Assembly: GCA_963648975.1 (NCBI GenBank) | Contig: CAVJFW010000001.1 | Coordinates: forward strand, 4,199 to 68,198 | Length of the DNA: 64,000 nucleotides | Direction of reading: 5' to 3' | From: a bacterium | Lineage (GTDB): Bacteria; Bacillota_I; Bacilli_A; RFN20; CAG-288 | In this document: positions 57,100 to 64,000 of the stretch, piece after piece | Layout: every line of letters starts with the position of its first letter | Numbering within the stretch: position 1 is the stretch's first letter | The notes under the pieces: model-generated | Told to the model about the DNA's origin: nothing | The model's input: only the letters and a program-made list of their open reading frames with translations | Database searches by the model: none | Program-made: the position numbers and the translations under genes

Positions 57100-58441
57100 T
57101 CAGGGAATAGGTATGCGATTCCGTGATCTTTACGTTTTTGATCTGTCCGATCAAAGAGGCATCTCCGGTAGCGTGGACAAGTTTGTTATGTGGATCATAT
57201 CCAGAAATTCTGTTTGGATCCCTATCCGAGACTTTCTCAAACAATACAGGAACAGTCTTTCCAAGGAATGTCTCTGCCCTCTTCATGGAGAGTTCATCAA
57301 TCAGTGCCTTCAGTTGGTCGAAATGCCTATGCTTGATTTCATCGGAATATTCGTCCTTCATCCTGGCGGCAGGGGTTCCCGGTCTCGGTGAATAGATGAA
57401 TGTGAAGGCGGCGTCATAGCCGACTTCCCTGACCAAGGACAATGTGTCCTGGAATTCCTCTTCGGTTTCGTTTGGGAATCCGACGATGATATCCGTGCTT
57501 AAGAAGACATCCGGTAATCTTTTTCTGAGTTCATGGACGATGGAAAGGTATTGTTCACGGGTGTATCTTCTGTTCATCCTTTTGAGGACGGAATCGGAAC
57601 CCGACTGGACAGGAAGGTGCATGTATGGCATGATGTTTGGATATTTTGCCATGACATCGAATACCTGTGTCCTGAAGTCGCTTGGATATGGAGTGACGAA
57701 TCTGACTCTTTCGATGCCTGTCTTGGCCACTTCCTCAAGTAGGGTGGCAAAGGCATAGTCATCTCCGAAGTCCTTTCCATAGGCATCTACGTTCTGACCA
57801 AGCAGGGTCACCTGCTTATATCCATTGTCCTTGAGACAGTTGACTTCGGCGATGATGTCTTCCATCTTTCTCGAGCGTTCCCTTCCACGGGTGTAGGGAA
57901 CGATGCAATAGGTACAGAATTTGTTGCATCCGTACATGATGTTGACGAAGGCGGTGTATTTGGACATTCTTCCGTTCTGGTCTTCCGGAAGTCCTTCAGG
58001 AACGAGATCGGAGTTGCTTCTGACATCGACGATGGATTCCTTATGTGTGATGCAGTCGCTTAGCAATGGATAGAATTCCACAAGGTTGTTCGTACCGAAG
58101 ATGAGGGAAACAAACGGATAGTGTTTCAATACATGCTTCACGGCAAATTCTTCCTGCATGACACATCCACATATGGATATGATGGTGTCAGGATTCTTGT
58201 CGACCTGTTCTTTGGCTCTTCCCAATTCTCCGTAGAGATGGTTTTCTGCATTTTCCCTGACGGCGCAGGTGTTGAAGAGAATGAAATCGGCACCCAAAAA
58301 ATCATCTTGCTCCTTCATTCCGATGGCTAACAACATGCTGCGGATGATTTCGGAATCACGAACGTTTGCCTGACAACCATAGGTTTTGATACAAAAAGTC
58401 TTTCCCTGACCCCAGGAGACAAGGAAAGACGTAGGTTTCAT
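57077..58441 (-). CDS. miaB: tRNA-i6A37 methylthiotransferase MiaB (radical SAM)
   Basis: UPF0004/MTTase N-terminus (KTYGCQAN), radical-SAM CxxxCxxC (CNKFCTYC), and a TRAM domain. Start placed at MKPTSF. The listed ORF extends to 58531. Confidence 0.85.
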   Translation of the reverse strand: MKPTSFLVSWGQGKTFCIKTYGCQANVRDSEIIRSMLLAIGMKEQDDFLGADFILFNTCAVRENAENHLYGELGRAKEQVDKNPDTIISICGCVMQEEFAVKHVLKHYPFVSLIFGTNNLVEFYPLLSDCITHKESIVDVRSNSDLVPEGLPEDQNGRMSKYTAFVNIMYGCNKFCTYCIVPYTRGRERSRKMEDIIAEVNCLKDNGYKQVTLLGQNVDAYGKDFGDDYAFATLLEEVAKTGIERVRFVTPYPSDFRTQVFDVMAKYPNIMPYMHLPVQSGSDSVLKRMNRRYTREQYLSIVHELRKRLPDVFLSTDIIVGFPNETEEEFQDTLSLVREVGYDAAFTFIYSPRPGTPAARMKDEYSDEIKHRHFDQLKALIDELSMKRAETFLGKTVPVLFEKVSDRDPNRISGYDPHNKLVHATGDASLIGQIKNVKITESHTYSLIGEIVDD

Positions 58442-58540
58442 ATTAACCTTTTCGTAACGTACAGACTGTTTGAGATTCCGTCCTGCAGCTGCCTTGAGAT
58501 CAGGCATGGATACGAGACGGCGGTTTTTCATGATCTGTAA

Positions 58541-58888
58541 TTACTCGCTGACGGTTTCTTCGTGCTTTGGAAGGTCGGAAGAAACAGCGTTTGCTGGATC
58601 GAAGTCGGCTTTCTTGATGTGGAGCAGGATGGTGGTGACTTCTCTGGATTCCGGAGCGGATGGCTCAGAGAAATTCTGCATCATGAATTCAGGCTGAATG
58701 GAGATGTCAGACGGATTCTCATCATCCTTTAAGAAGCGACGTGCAACGATGCAGGCTTTGATGGCCTGATTCAAGGCAGATGCGCCAACCAAAGAAATCT
58801 GCACGGCGCCTTCTTGACGAATGTTACCGGCGATAGCTCCAGCCAACTTCTGGATTTGTGTGTTTCCACTAGCTTTTAATGTAGTCAT
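58541..58888 (-). CDS. spoVS: SpoVS-family protein with a ~30-aa C-terminal extension
   Basis: SpoVS core (LKASGNTQIQKLAGAIAGNIRQEGAVQISLVGASALNQAIKA). Confidence 0.7.
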   Translation of the reverse strand: MTTLKASGNTQIQKLAGAIAGNIRQEGAVQISLVGASALNQAIKACIVARRFLKDDENPSDISIQPEFMMQNFSEPSAPESREVTTILLHIKKADFDPANAVSSDLPKHEETVSE

Positions 58889-59028
58889 ATAGAAAATCCT
58901 CGTTTCTAAGTCTTATTATATCGCATTTTCCACAGATTTTTGTATTTTTTTGTTTCATGACTTGTATTGTAATGTAGGAATTGATGACAACTAAAATTGT
59001 TTGTTAAATAAAATACATGTCACGAAAA

Positions 59029-59056
59029 AGGACGACTCATCAATTTGAGTCGTCCT
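59029..59056 (-). terminator. Rho-independent terminator of ymdB, overlapping its stop codon
   Basis: AGGACGACTCA...TGAGTCGTCCT hairpin followed, on the minus strand, by TTTTT. Confidence 0.6.
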
Positions 59057-59846
59057 GATATGTTTCGTTGATCAGCCTGAAGGCAATGACCTGTCTTGTT
59101 TCCTTCTTCACATCGAATTGGATTGCATTGACGAGCATTTTTCCGGTTCTCGGAACGGATAGGGCTGTCGGCATTCCGGTGATGGTTCTGCGCATGGCTG
59201 GCTGAATGTCATCTCCGAGAGAAGAATAATAGGCACCATTCATGCCGACATCAGTGACAAAGAGTGTTCCTTTCGGAAGAATCTTTGCGTCGTTGGTCTG
59301 GACATGTGTGTGTGTTCCAAAGACGCAGGTCACCTTTCCGTCAAGATATTCGCCCATGATTCTCTTCTCAGCCGTGGCTTCGGCATGGAAGTCAAGAACA
59401 TGGATGCAGTCGCAGTCATTCTTAAGGATGTCATCCATGTCATAGAATGGATTTGTCTGGACACCATTCATGTAGATGCGTCCCATCATGTTTGTGACAC
59501 GGATTGGTGTCTCATCACTGGTCTTCAGGAGGATTGTTCCTTTTCCGGGACAGTCCCTGTCGAAATTGTATGGCCTTATCTGCTTATCCATCTCGGATGC
59601 GTAATGGGTGGCATCGGGTGAATTGAAGAAATGGTTTCCACTTGTCAGACAATCGATGCCATAGGAGAGCAGTTCCTTGTAATGTACCAAGGACAGGCCA
59701 TGACCATGGGTGGTGTTTTCACCGTTGGCGATGACAAAGTCGATTTCATCCTTTTCCTTATGCAGGGAAAGATATTTTTTTACGGCTTTTCTGCCCAATG
59801 GACCGACGATGTCACCGAAGAATAGGATTCTGACAAAATCTTTCAT
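59040..59846 (-). CDS. ymdB: YmdB-family metallophosphoesterase (2',3'-cNMP phosphodiesterase, TIGR00282)
   Basis: ILFFGDIVG and GNHFF calcineurin-like motifs. Conserved position directly downstream of rny. Confidence 0.85.
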   Translation of the reverse strand: MKDFVRILFFGDIVGPLGRKAVKKYLSLHKEKDEIDFVIANGENTTHGHGLSLVHYKELLSYGIDCLTSGNHFFNSPDATHYASEMDKQIRPYNFDRDCPGKGTILLKTSDETPIRVTNMMGRIYMNGVQTNPFYDMDDILKNDCDCIHVLDFHAEATAEKRIMGEYLDGKVTCVFGTHTHVQTNDAKILPKGTLFVTDVGMNGAYYSSLGDDIQPAMRRTITGMPTALSVPRTGKMLVNAIQFDVKKETRQVIAFRLINETYQDDSN

Positions 59847-59860
59847 GTTGTGATTGAATT

Positions 59861-61468
59861 TTACTTTGCAACTTCGACGGCTCTGGTTTCACGGATGACG
59901 GAAACCTTGATCTGACCAGGATACTGCATTTCTTCCTCGATCTTTTCACGGATCTGGACGGCTAAGACCTTGGCATCCTCATCGGAGACCTTCTCCGGAA
60001 CGACAAGGACACGGACATCTCTGCCGGACTGGAGTGCATAGGAAGACTGGACTCCATCGAAGGACTTGCAGATGGTTTCCAGCTGCTCAAGACGTTTGAT
60101 GTATGTCTCAAGGGTTTCGCTTCTGGCACCAGGTCTGGCGGCGGAAAGGGTATCGGCTGCCGTGACAAGTTCGGAGATGAGGAACTTCTTCGGAGCATCG
60201 CCATGGTGGGAATCGATGGCGTTGATGACGACTTCAGGTTCGTTGAACTTCTTTGCCAACATGGAACCTAACTGGACATGTGAACCTTCCTGCTCGGCAT
60301 CGATGGATTTACCGATATCATGGAGCAAGCCAGCTCTCTTGGCAATGACCGGGTCAAGGCCAAGTTCGCTTGCCATGACGCTGGAGAGATAGGCTACCTG
60401 GATGGAATGGTCAAGGACGTTCTGTCCATAGGACGTTCTGTACTTCAGTCTGCCGATATATGGAAGAAGACCTGAGTTGATTCTCGGAAGACCGAGCTTG
60501 AAGACGGTCTGTTCACCGATTCTCTTGAGGGATTCATCGAATTCATCGGAAATCTTCTGATACAGATCTTCGATTCTTCCCGGCTGGATTCTTCCATCCC
60601 TGATGAGAGCTTCGAGGGTAAGCTTGGCTTTTTCTCTTCTAATTGGATCGAAGCAGGAGACGGTGAGAGTCTCAGGTGTGTCGTCGATGATGAGGGAAAC
60701 ACCGAAGAGCTGTTCCATGGACTTGATGTTTCTGCCTTCACGTCCGATGATTCTGCCTTTCATCTCATCGCTTGGAAGGGAAACCGTGGAGGAGTTTCTC
60801 TCGCAGGTGACATCCTGGGCATATTTTTCCATGGCTACTGTGAGCATGGTCTTTGCCTTGTCTTCAACCTGGGACTGGGCTTCTTCTTCCATCTGCTCCT
60901 TATAAAGGGCAATGCGCTTCATCTCTTTTTCTTCGACTCTGGCCATCAATTCATCCTTGGCCTGATCGATTGTCATCTTGCTGACTTTCTCGAGTTCGCT
61001 GACGATGGAGTCGAGCTTGGTCTGAAGTTCCTTGTCCTTCAGATCGAGAGCCTGAAGACGTTCTTCGTATTCAGTTCTCTTCTGGTCGATCTGGGCTTCT
61101 CTTGAGATGATGGCATCTTCTCTCTTGTCGAGGGAGGCTTCGCGGTTGTCAAGTTTGGCCTGAGTCTGTGCGGCTGCTTCCTTCTTTTCGTTGATGTCCT
61201 TCTCGGCAGTGGCCTTCTTTTCCCTGATGTCGGCTTCTGCAGCCTTCTTCAGGTCATCGGCTTCCTTCTTTCCTTCTGTTTTGGCATCGGCGATGATCTT
61301 GTCAGCCTTGTTGTTGGCTGCAGCGATGATGTCATCTGCTCTCTTGGATGCATTTTCGTTGTCCTTCTTTGGCTTGATCTTCATGAAGTAGAGAGAGATG
61401 AGATAAGATGCGACTCCACCGAGAATGAGACAACCTAAGGCAATCAAAACGACGTATATGGCTTCCAT
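59861..61468 (-). CDS. rny: Ribonuclease Y
   Basis: N-terminal TM anchor, coiled coil, KH domain (IGREGRNI) and HD domain (HSIQVAY...LLHDIGK). Confidence 0.93.
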   Translation of the reverse strand: MEAIYVVLIALGCLILGGVASYLISLYFMKIKPKKDNENASKRADDIIAAANNKADKIIADAKTEGKKEADDLKKAAEADIREKKATAEKDINEKKEAAAQTQAKLDNREASLDKREDAIISREAQIDQKRTEYEERLQALDLKDKELQTKLDSIVSELEKVSKMTIDQAKDELMARVEEKEMKRIALYKEQMEEEAQSQVEDKAKTMLTVAMEKYAQDVTCERNSSTVSLPSDEMKGRIIGREGRNIKSMEQLFGVSLIIDDTPETLTVSCFDPIRREKAKLTLEALIRDGRIQPGRIEDLYQKISDEFDESLKRIGEQTVFKLGLPRINSGLLPYIGRLKYRTSYGQNVLDHSIQVAYLSSVMASELGLDPVIAKRAGLLHDIGKSIDAEQEGSHVQLGSMLAKKFNEPEVVINAIDSHHGDAPKKFLISELVTAADTLSAARPGARSETLETYIKRLEQLETICKSFDGVQSSYALQSGRDVRVLVVPEKVSDEDAKVLAVQIREKIEEEMQYPGQIKVSVIRETRAVEVAK

Positions 61469-61751
61469 AACAAAATAATACCTTTCTAGGGTTCAGTCCG
61501 TTTATAAGGTTCACTGTGCCCTGTTTGAACCTACTCACAGCAAAAGATATAGATTTAAATATATAAAGTAAAATTAAATCAAAGGAATCTTTTATATATA
61601 AAACATGAAGCGAGTGACTTCATGCACAAAAGAATTATAAACCAAAAGCCTATCTTTTGAAAGTTATTTCAGCTAATTAGTGGGATAAACACATATATCG
61701 GGAAGTACATGTTTCCGGTAGCCTTCACACAAATGAAAGTTGGTAATGAAA

Positions 61752-61776
61752 ATAGCTCCGAATGAATCGGAGCTAT
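61752..61776 (-). terminator. Rho-independent terminator of recA
   Basis: ATAGCTCCG-AATGAAT-CGGAGCTAT hairpin just after the recA stop. Confidence 0.5.
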
Positions 61777-61788
61777 TGTGGATTTCTG

Positions 61789-62850
61789 CTAAAGGGTTTC
61801 TTCCTCTTCGACGGCACCGGACTTGTTTGACAGCTTTGCCCTGACAGCCTCCTCGATGGTGGCTTCAATGCTGCTGTCTGACTTCAGGAAGTCATAAACG
61901 GATGTGATGCCCTGACCGATTCTCTCTCCCTGATAGGAGAACCAGGAACCGGATTTCTCGATGATGGAATAATCAACGGCGAGCTGGGCGATTTCGTGTT
62001 CCTTGGAAATGCCGTCTCCGAACATGAGTTCCACCTTGCAGCTTCTGTACGGCGGAGCGACCTTGTTCTTGACGACTTTGACGTTGACGATGTTGCCCAA
62101 AGCCTTGTCACCCTGCTTGATTGTCTCGGCACGTCTGATTTCGATACGGATGGTGGAATAGAATTTCAGTGCCCTGCCACCGGTGGTCGTTTCCGGATTT
62201 CCGTACATGACGCCGACTTTCTCACGGAGCTGGTTGATGAAGATGACGGTGCAGTTGGATTTGTCAAGGACACCGGCAATCTTTCTGAGCGACTTGGACA
62301 TGAGTCTGGCCTGAAGACCTACGGATGAGTCCTCGAATGTTCCTTCGAGTTCAGCCTTAGGAATCAAGGCGGCGACGGAATCGACGATGATGAGGTCGAT
62401 GGCGTTTGACTTGGCAAGCATGTCGACGATTTCCATGGCCTGTTCACCATAGTCTGGCTGGGAAAGAATGAGTTCGTTGATGTCTACGCCAAGATGCTTG
62501 GCATATTCCGGGTCGATGGCGTGTTCGGCATCGATATAGGCGGCCCTGCCTCCGAGCTTCTGTACTTCGGCGATGGCTTCAAGGGCAAGAGTTGTCTTGC
62601 CGGATGATTCCGGTCCATAGATTTCGATGATTCTTCCCTTCGGATATCCTCCGACACCTAAGGCGGCATCGATGAGCATGCTTCCGGTTGGGATGACACC
62701 GACATCGACGGTGGGCTTGTCACCCATCTTCATGACGATACCCTTGTCGTTGTAATAATTTCGGATATCCTTCAATGTTGCTTCTACTGCACTGTCCTTC
62801 TCGTCCTTGCTTGGATTTTCGTTTGGTGTGTTATTTGGTTTTTTTGGCAT
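61789..62850 (-). CDS. recA: Recombinase RecA
   Basis: Walker [10 protein letters not shown] and RecA L1/L2 loop regions. Lies downstream of a cinA-like gene, as in many Firmicutes. Confidence 0.97.
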   Translation of the reverse strand: MPKKPNNTPNENPSKDEKDSAVEATLKDIRNYYNDKGIVMKMGDKPTVDVGVIPTGSMLIDAALGVGGYPKGRIIEIYGPESSGKTTLALEAIAEVQKLGGRAAYIDAEHAIDPEYAKHLGVDINELILSQPDYGEQAMEIVDMLAKSNAIDLIIVDSVAALIPKAELEGTFEDSSVGLQARLMSKSLRKIAGVLDKSNCTVIFINQLREKVGVMYGNPETTTGGRALKFYSTIRIEIRRAETIKQGDKALGNIVNVKVVKNKVAPPYRSCKVELMFGDGISKEHEIAQLAVDYSIIEKSGSWFSYQGERIGQGITSVYDFLKSDSSIEATIEEAVRAKLSNKSGAVEEEETL

Positions 62851-62893
62851 GATTTGATTCCTCCATTATATATTTCCTGATTCGATGGAAAAA

Positions 62894-63364
62894 TTACGAA
62901 CTTTTTTTGGAAAAATGTTCAACGAGGGTCGAAAAGGCGAAATCAACACACTGTTTTCTGATCTGATTCCTTGTTCCTTCGAGATGAAGCTCATAGACTT
63001 TGACTTCATCTTCTGTCTTGATTCCGATGTAGACAAGACCGACTGGCTTGTTCTCGCTCTCGCCAGGGCCCGCGTTTCCACTGAAGGAAACGGCGATGTC
63101 GCTGTTGAAGAACTTGGATGATTCGATTGCCATCTCCTTGACACATTCCTTGGAAATGGCACCGTGTTCCTCAATCGTCTTCCTGCTCACCCCGAAGCTT
63201 TCCTTCATTTCGTCGGTATAGGTTATCGCACCACCATGAAACACCTTGCTGGCATTGGGGATGGAGGTGAAAGTTGAGGCAAACATGCCTCCGGTCAGTG
63301 ATTCCATCGAAGAGAGCGTAAGTCCCTTTTCAGTCAATACGTCCAATAAATCCTTGTATTCCAT
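62894..63364 (-). CDS. cinA: CinA-family C-terminal domain protein (PncC-like nicotinamide-nucleotide amidohydrolase)
   Basis: CinA_C motifs (ESLTGGMFAS; SGNAGPGE...KPVGLVYIG). Confidence 0.75.
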   Translation of the reverse strand: MEYKDLLDVLTEKGLTLSSMESLTGGMFASTFTSIPNASKVFHGGAITYTDEMKESFGVSRKTIEEHGAISKECVKEMAIESSKFFNSDIAVSFSGNAGPGESENKPVGLVYIGIKTEDEVKVYELHLEGTRNQIRKQCVDFAFSTLVEHFSKKSS

Positions 63365-63366
63365 AT

Positions 63367-63996
63367 CTATTTGTCATCCTTTAGGACATTTCTGTTCTGC
63401 ACGAAGTATATGACCATTGAAAGAAGCGAGAAGAAAAGCGTGATTCCAACCAAAACGTTGGTGATGATGTAGGTGTAGGAGAATCTTGTGGACATCCAGG
63501 TGTCAAGGGAACCGAAATTGAACATGGAGAAGGGGAATCCCTTGAGAAAGAGAACAGGTATCAATCCCATCTGGATGGCTGTCTTGACCTTTCCGTAGAT
63601 GTTTGCGGCAAGTACCTTTCCATTTGCTGCGGCAATGCTTCTGAGTCCATCCATGGCCAAGTCTCTTCCGATGAAGAGCACGGGGAAGAGAGGGAATACC
63701 TGGAAGTGACCGGCAAAGTCAAGCTTTGTGGCCAATAGGATGAAGGCTGAGTCGACAAGAAACTTGTCGGCTAGCGGATCCATGAATTTTCCGAGGCTTG
63801 TCACGAGATTCCTGCTTCTTGCGATATGGCCGTCCAAGGCATCGGTGACGGAACCGATGATGAAGATGATGCAACACACCAGGTCAATCCAGGAGAATCC
63901 GGTGTGGAATCCACCCAAAACGATTTCCGGTGCGAATGTCGTGGAAGCGCAAGGAATGTAGGACAAACTGAAAATGGCAATCATCAGAACTGCCAT
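63367..63996 (-). CDS. pgsA: CDP-diacylglycerol--glycerol-3-phosphate 3-phosphatidyltransferase. The N-terminus is possibly incomplete or extended beyond the window edge.
   Basis: CDP-alcohol phosphatidyltransferase motif DALDGHIARSRNLVTSLGKFMDPLADK. Multiple TM helices. Confidence 0.7.
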   Translation of the reverse strand: MAVLMIAIFSLSYIPCASTTFAPEIVLGGFHTGFSWIDLVCCIIFIIGSVTDALDGHIARSRNLVTSLGKFMDPLADKFLVDSAFILLATKLDFAGHFQVFPLFPVLFIGRDLAMDGLRSIAAANGKVLAANIYGKVKTAIQMGLIPVLFLKGFPFSMFNFGSLDTWMSTRFSYTYIITNVLVGITLFFSLLSMVIYFVQNRNVLKDDK

Positions 63997-64000
63997 GACC

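Noticed and set aside
62897-62920. GAAC...GTTC inverted repeat near recA, considered as a LexA/Cheo box
   Set aside because: The spacing is 15 nt rather than the 4 nt of the Cheo box (CGAACnnnnGTTCG). The repeat lies inside the cinA coding 3' end, not in the recA promoter.
1-64000. Possibility of Mollicutes code 4 (UGA = Trp)
   Set aside because: All long genes are intact with TGA, TAA and TAG acting as stops. Trp is encoded by TGG where checked. Several genes terminate at TGA immediately followed by the next gene's start. So the standard code fits.
1-64000. CRISPR arrays, rRNA genes, IS elements and prophage blocks
   Set aside because: No spaced direct-repeat arrays were seen. There is no 16S/23S/5S-like sequence, no transposase-like ORFs and no terminal inverted repeats. 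The window is dominated by conserved housekeeping synteny.

Overview
This 64-kb window looks like a chromosomal segment from a low-GC Firmicutes or wall-less-relative lineage (Erysipelotrichia- or Acholeplasma-like) using the standard genetic code. Evidence for that placement: many lipoproteins, Bacillus-like synteny, TGG used for Trp, and long ORFs that are not interrupted by TGA. Most of the window is densely packed housekeeping genes on both strands. These include rbgA-rnhB, dprA-topA-xerC, cdaA, fbp, the hrcA-grpE-dnaK-dnaJ heat-shock operon preceded by a CIRCE operator, trmB, coaX, comEA-comEC, greA, a Csp, folD-fhs-miaA-mutL-mutS, miaB, spoVS-like, ymdB-rny, cinA-recA, pgsA, and a tRNA-Ser(GCU).

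The most unusual feature is a co-directional nine-gene locus at 731-14006, closed by a strong terminator and the tRNA-Ser. It encodes:
- a 500-aa surface/membrane protein of unknown function;
- a MalK-like ABC ATPase carrying a roughly 270-aa insertion;
- two CUT1-type permeases;
- two oversized paralogous substrate-binding lipoproteins;
- a lipoprotein with a staphylococcal-nuclease (SNase) domain plus an OB-fold;
- a small zinc-ribbon membrane protein;
- a 930-aa lipoprotein built from Big_2 and OB-fold repeats.

I interpret this locus as a surface system for capturing, degrading and importing nucleic acid or nucleotides. That is an inference from domain content, not a demonstrated function.

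Other items that deserve a second look:
- the XerC/CodV recombinase ortholog is fused to a C-terminal HAD-hydrolase domain;
- an HTH-WYL regulator with an extra C-terminal domain sits divergent from a 61-aa mini-protein with YD-repeat-like motifs;
- two adjacent MacB/FtsX-type ABC ATPase-permease fusions lie side by side;
- a hemolysin-III protein carries a lysine-rich N-terminal extension;
- two CNNM/CorC paralogs sit in tandem.

I found no CRISPR array, no rRNA, and no clear prophage or IS element.
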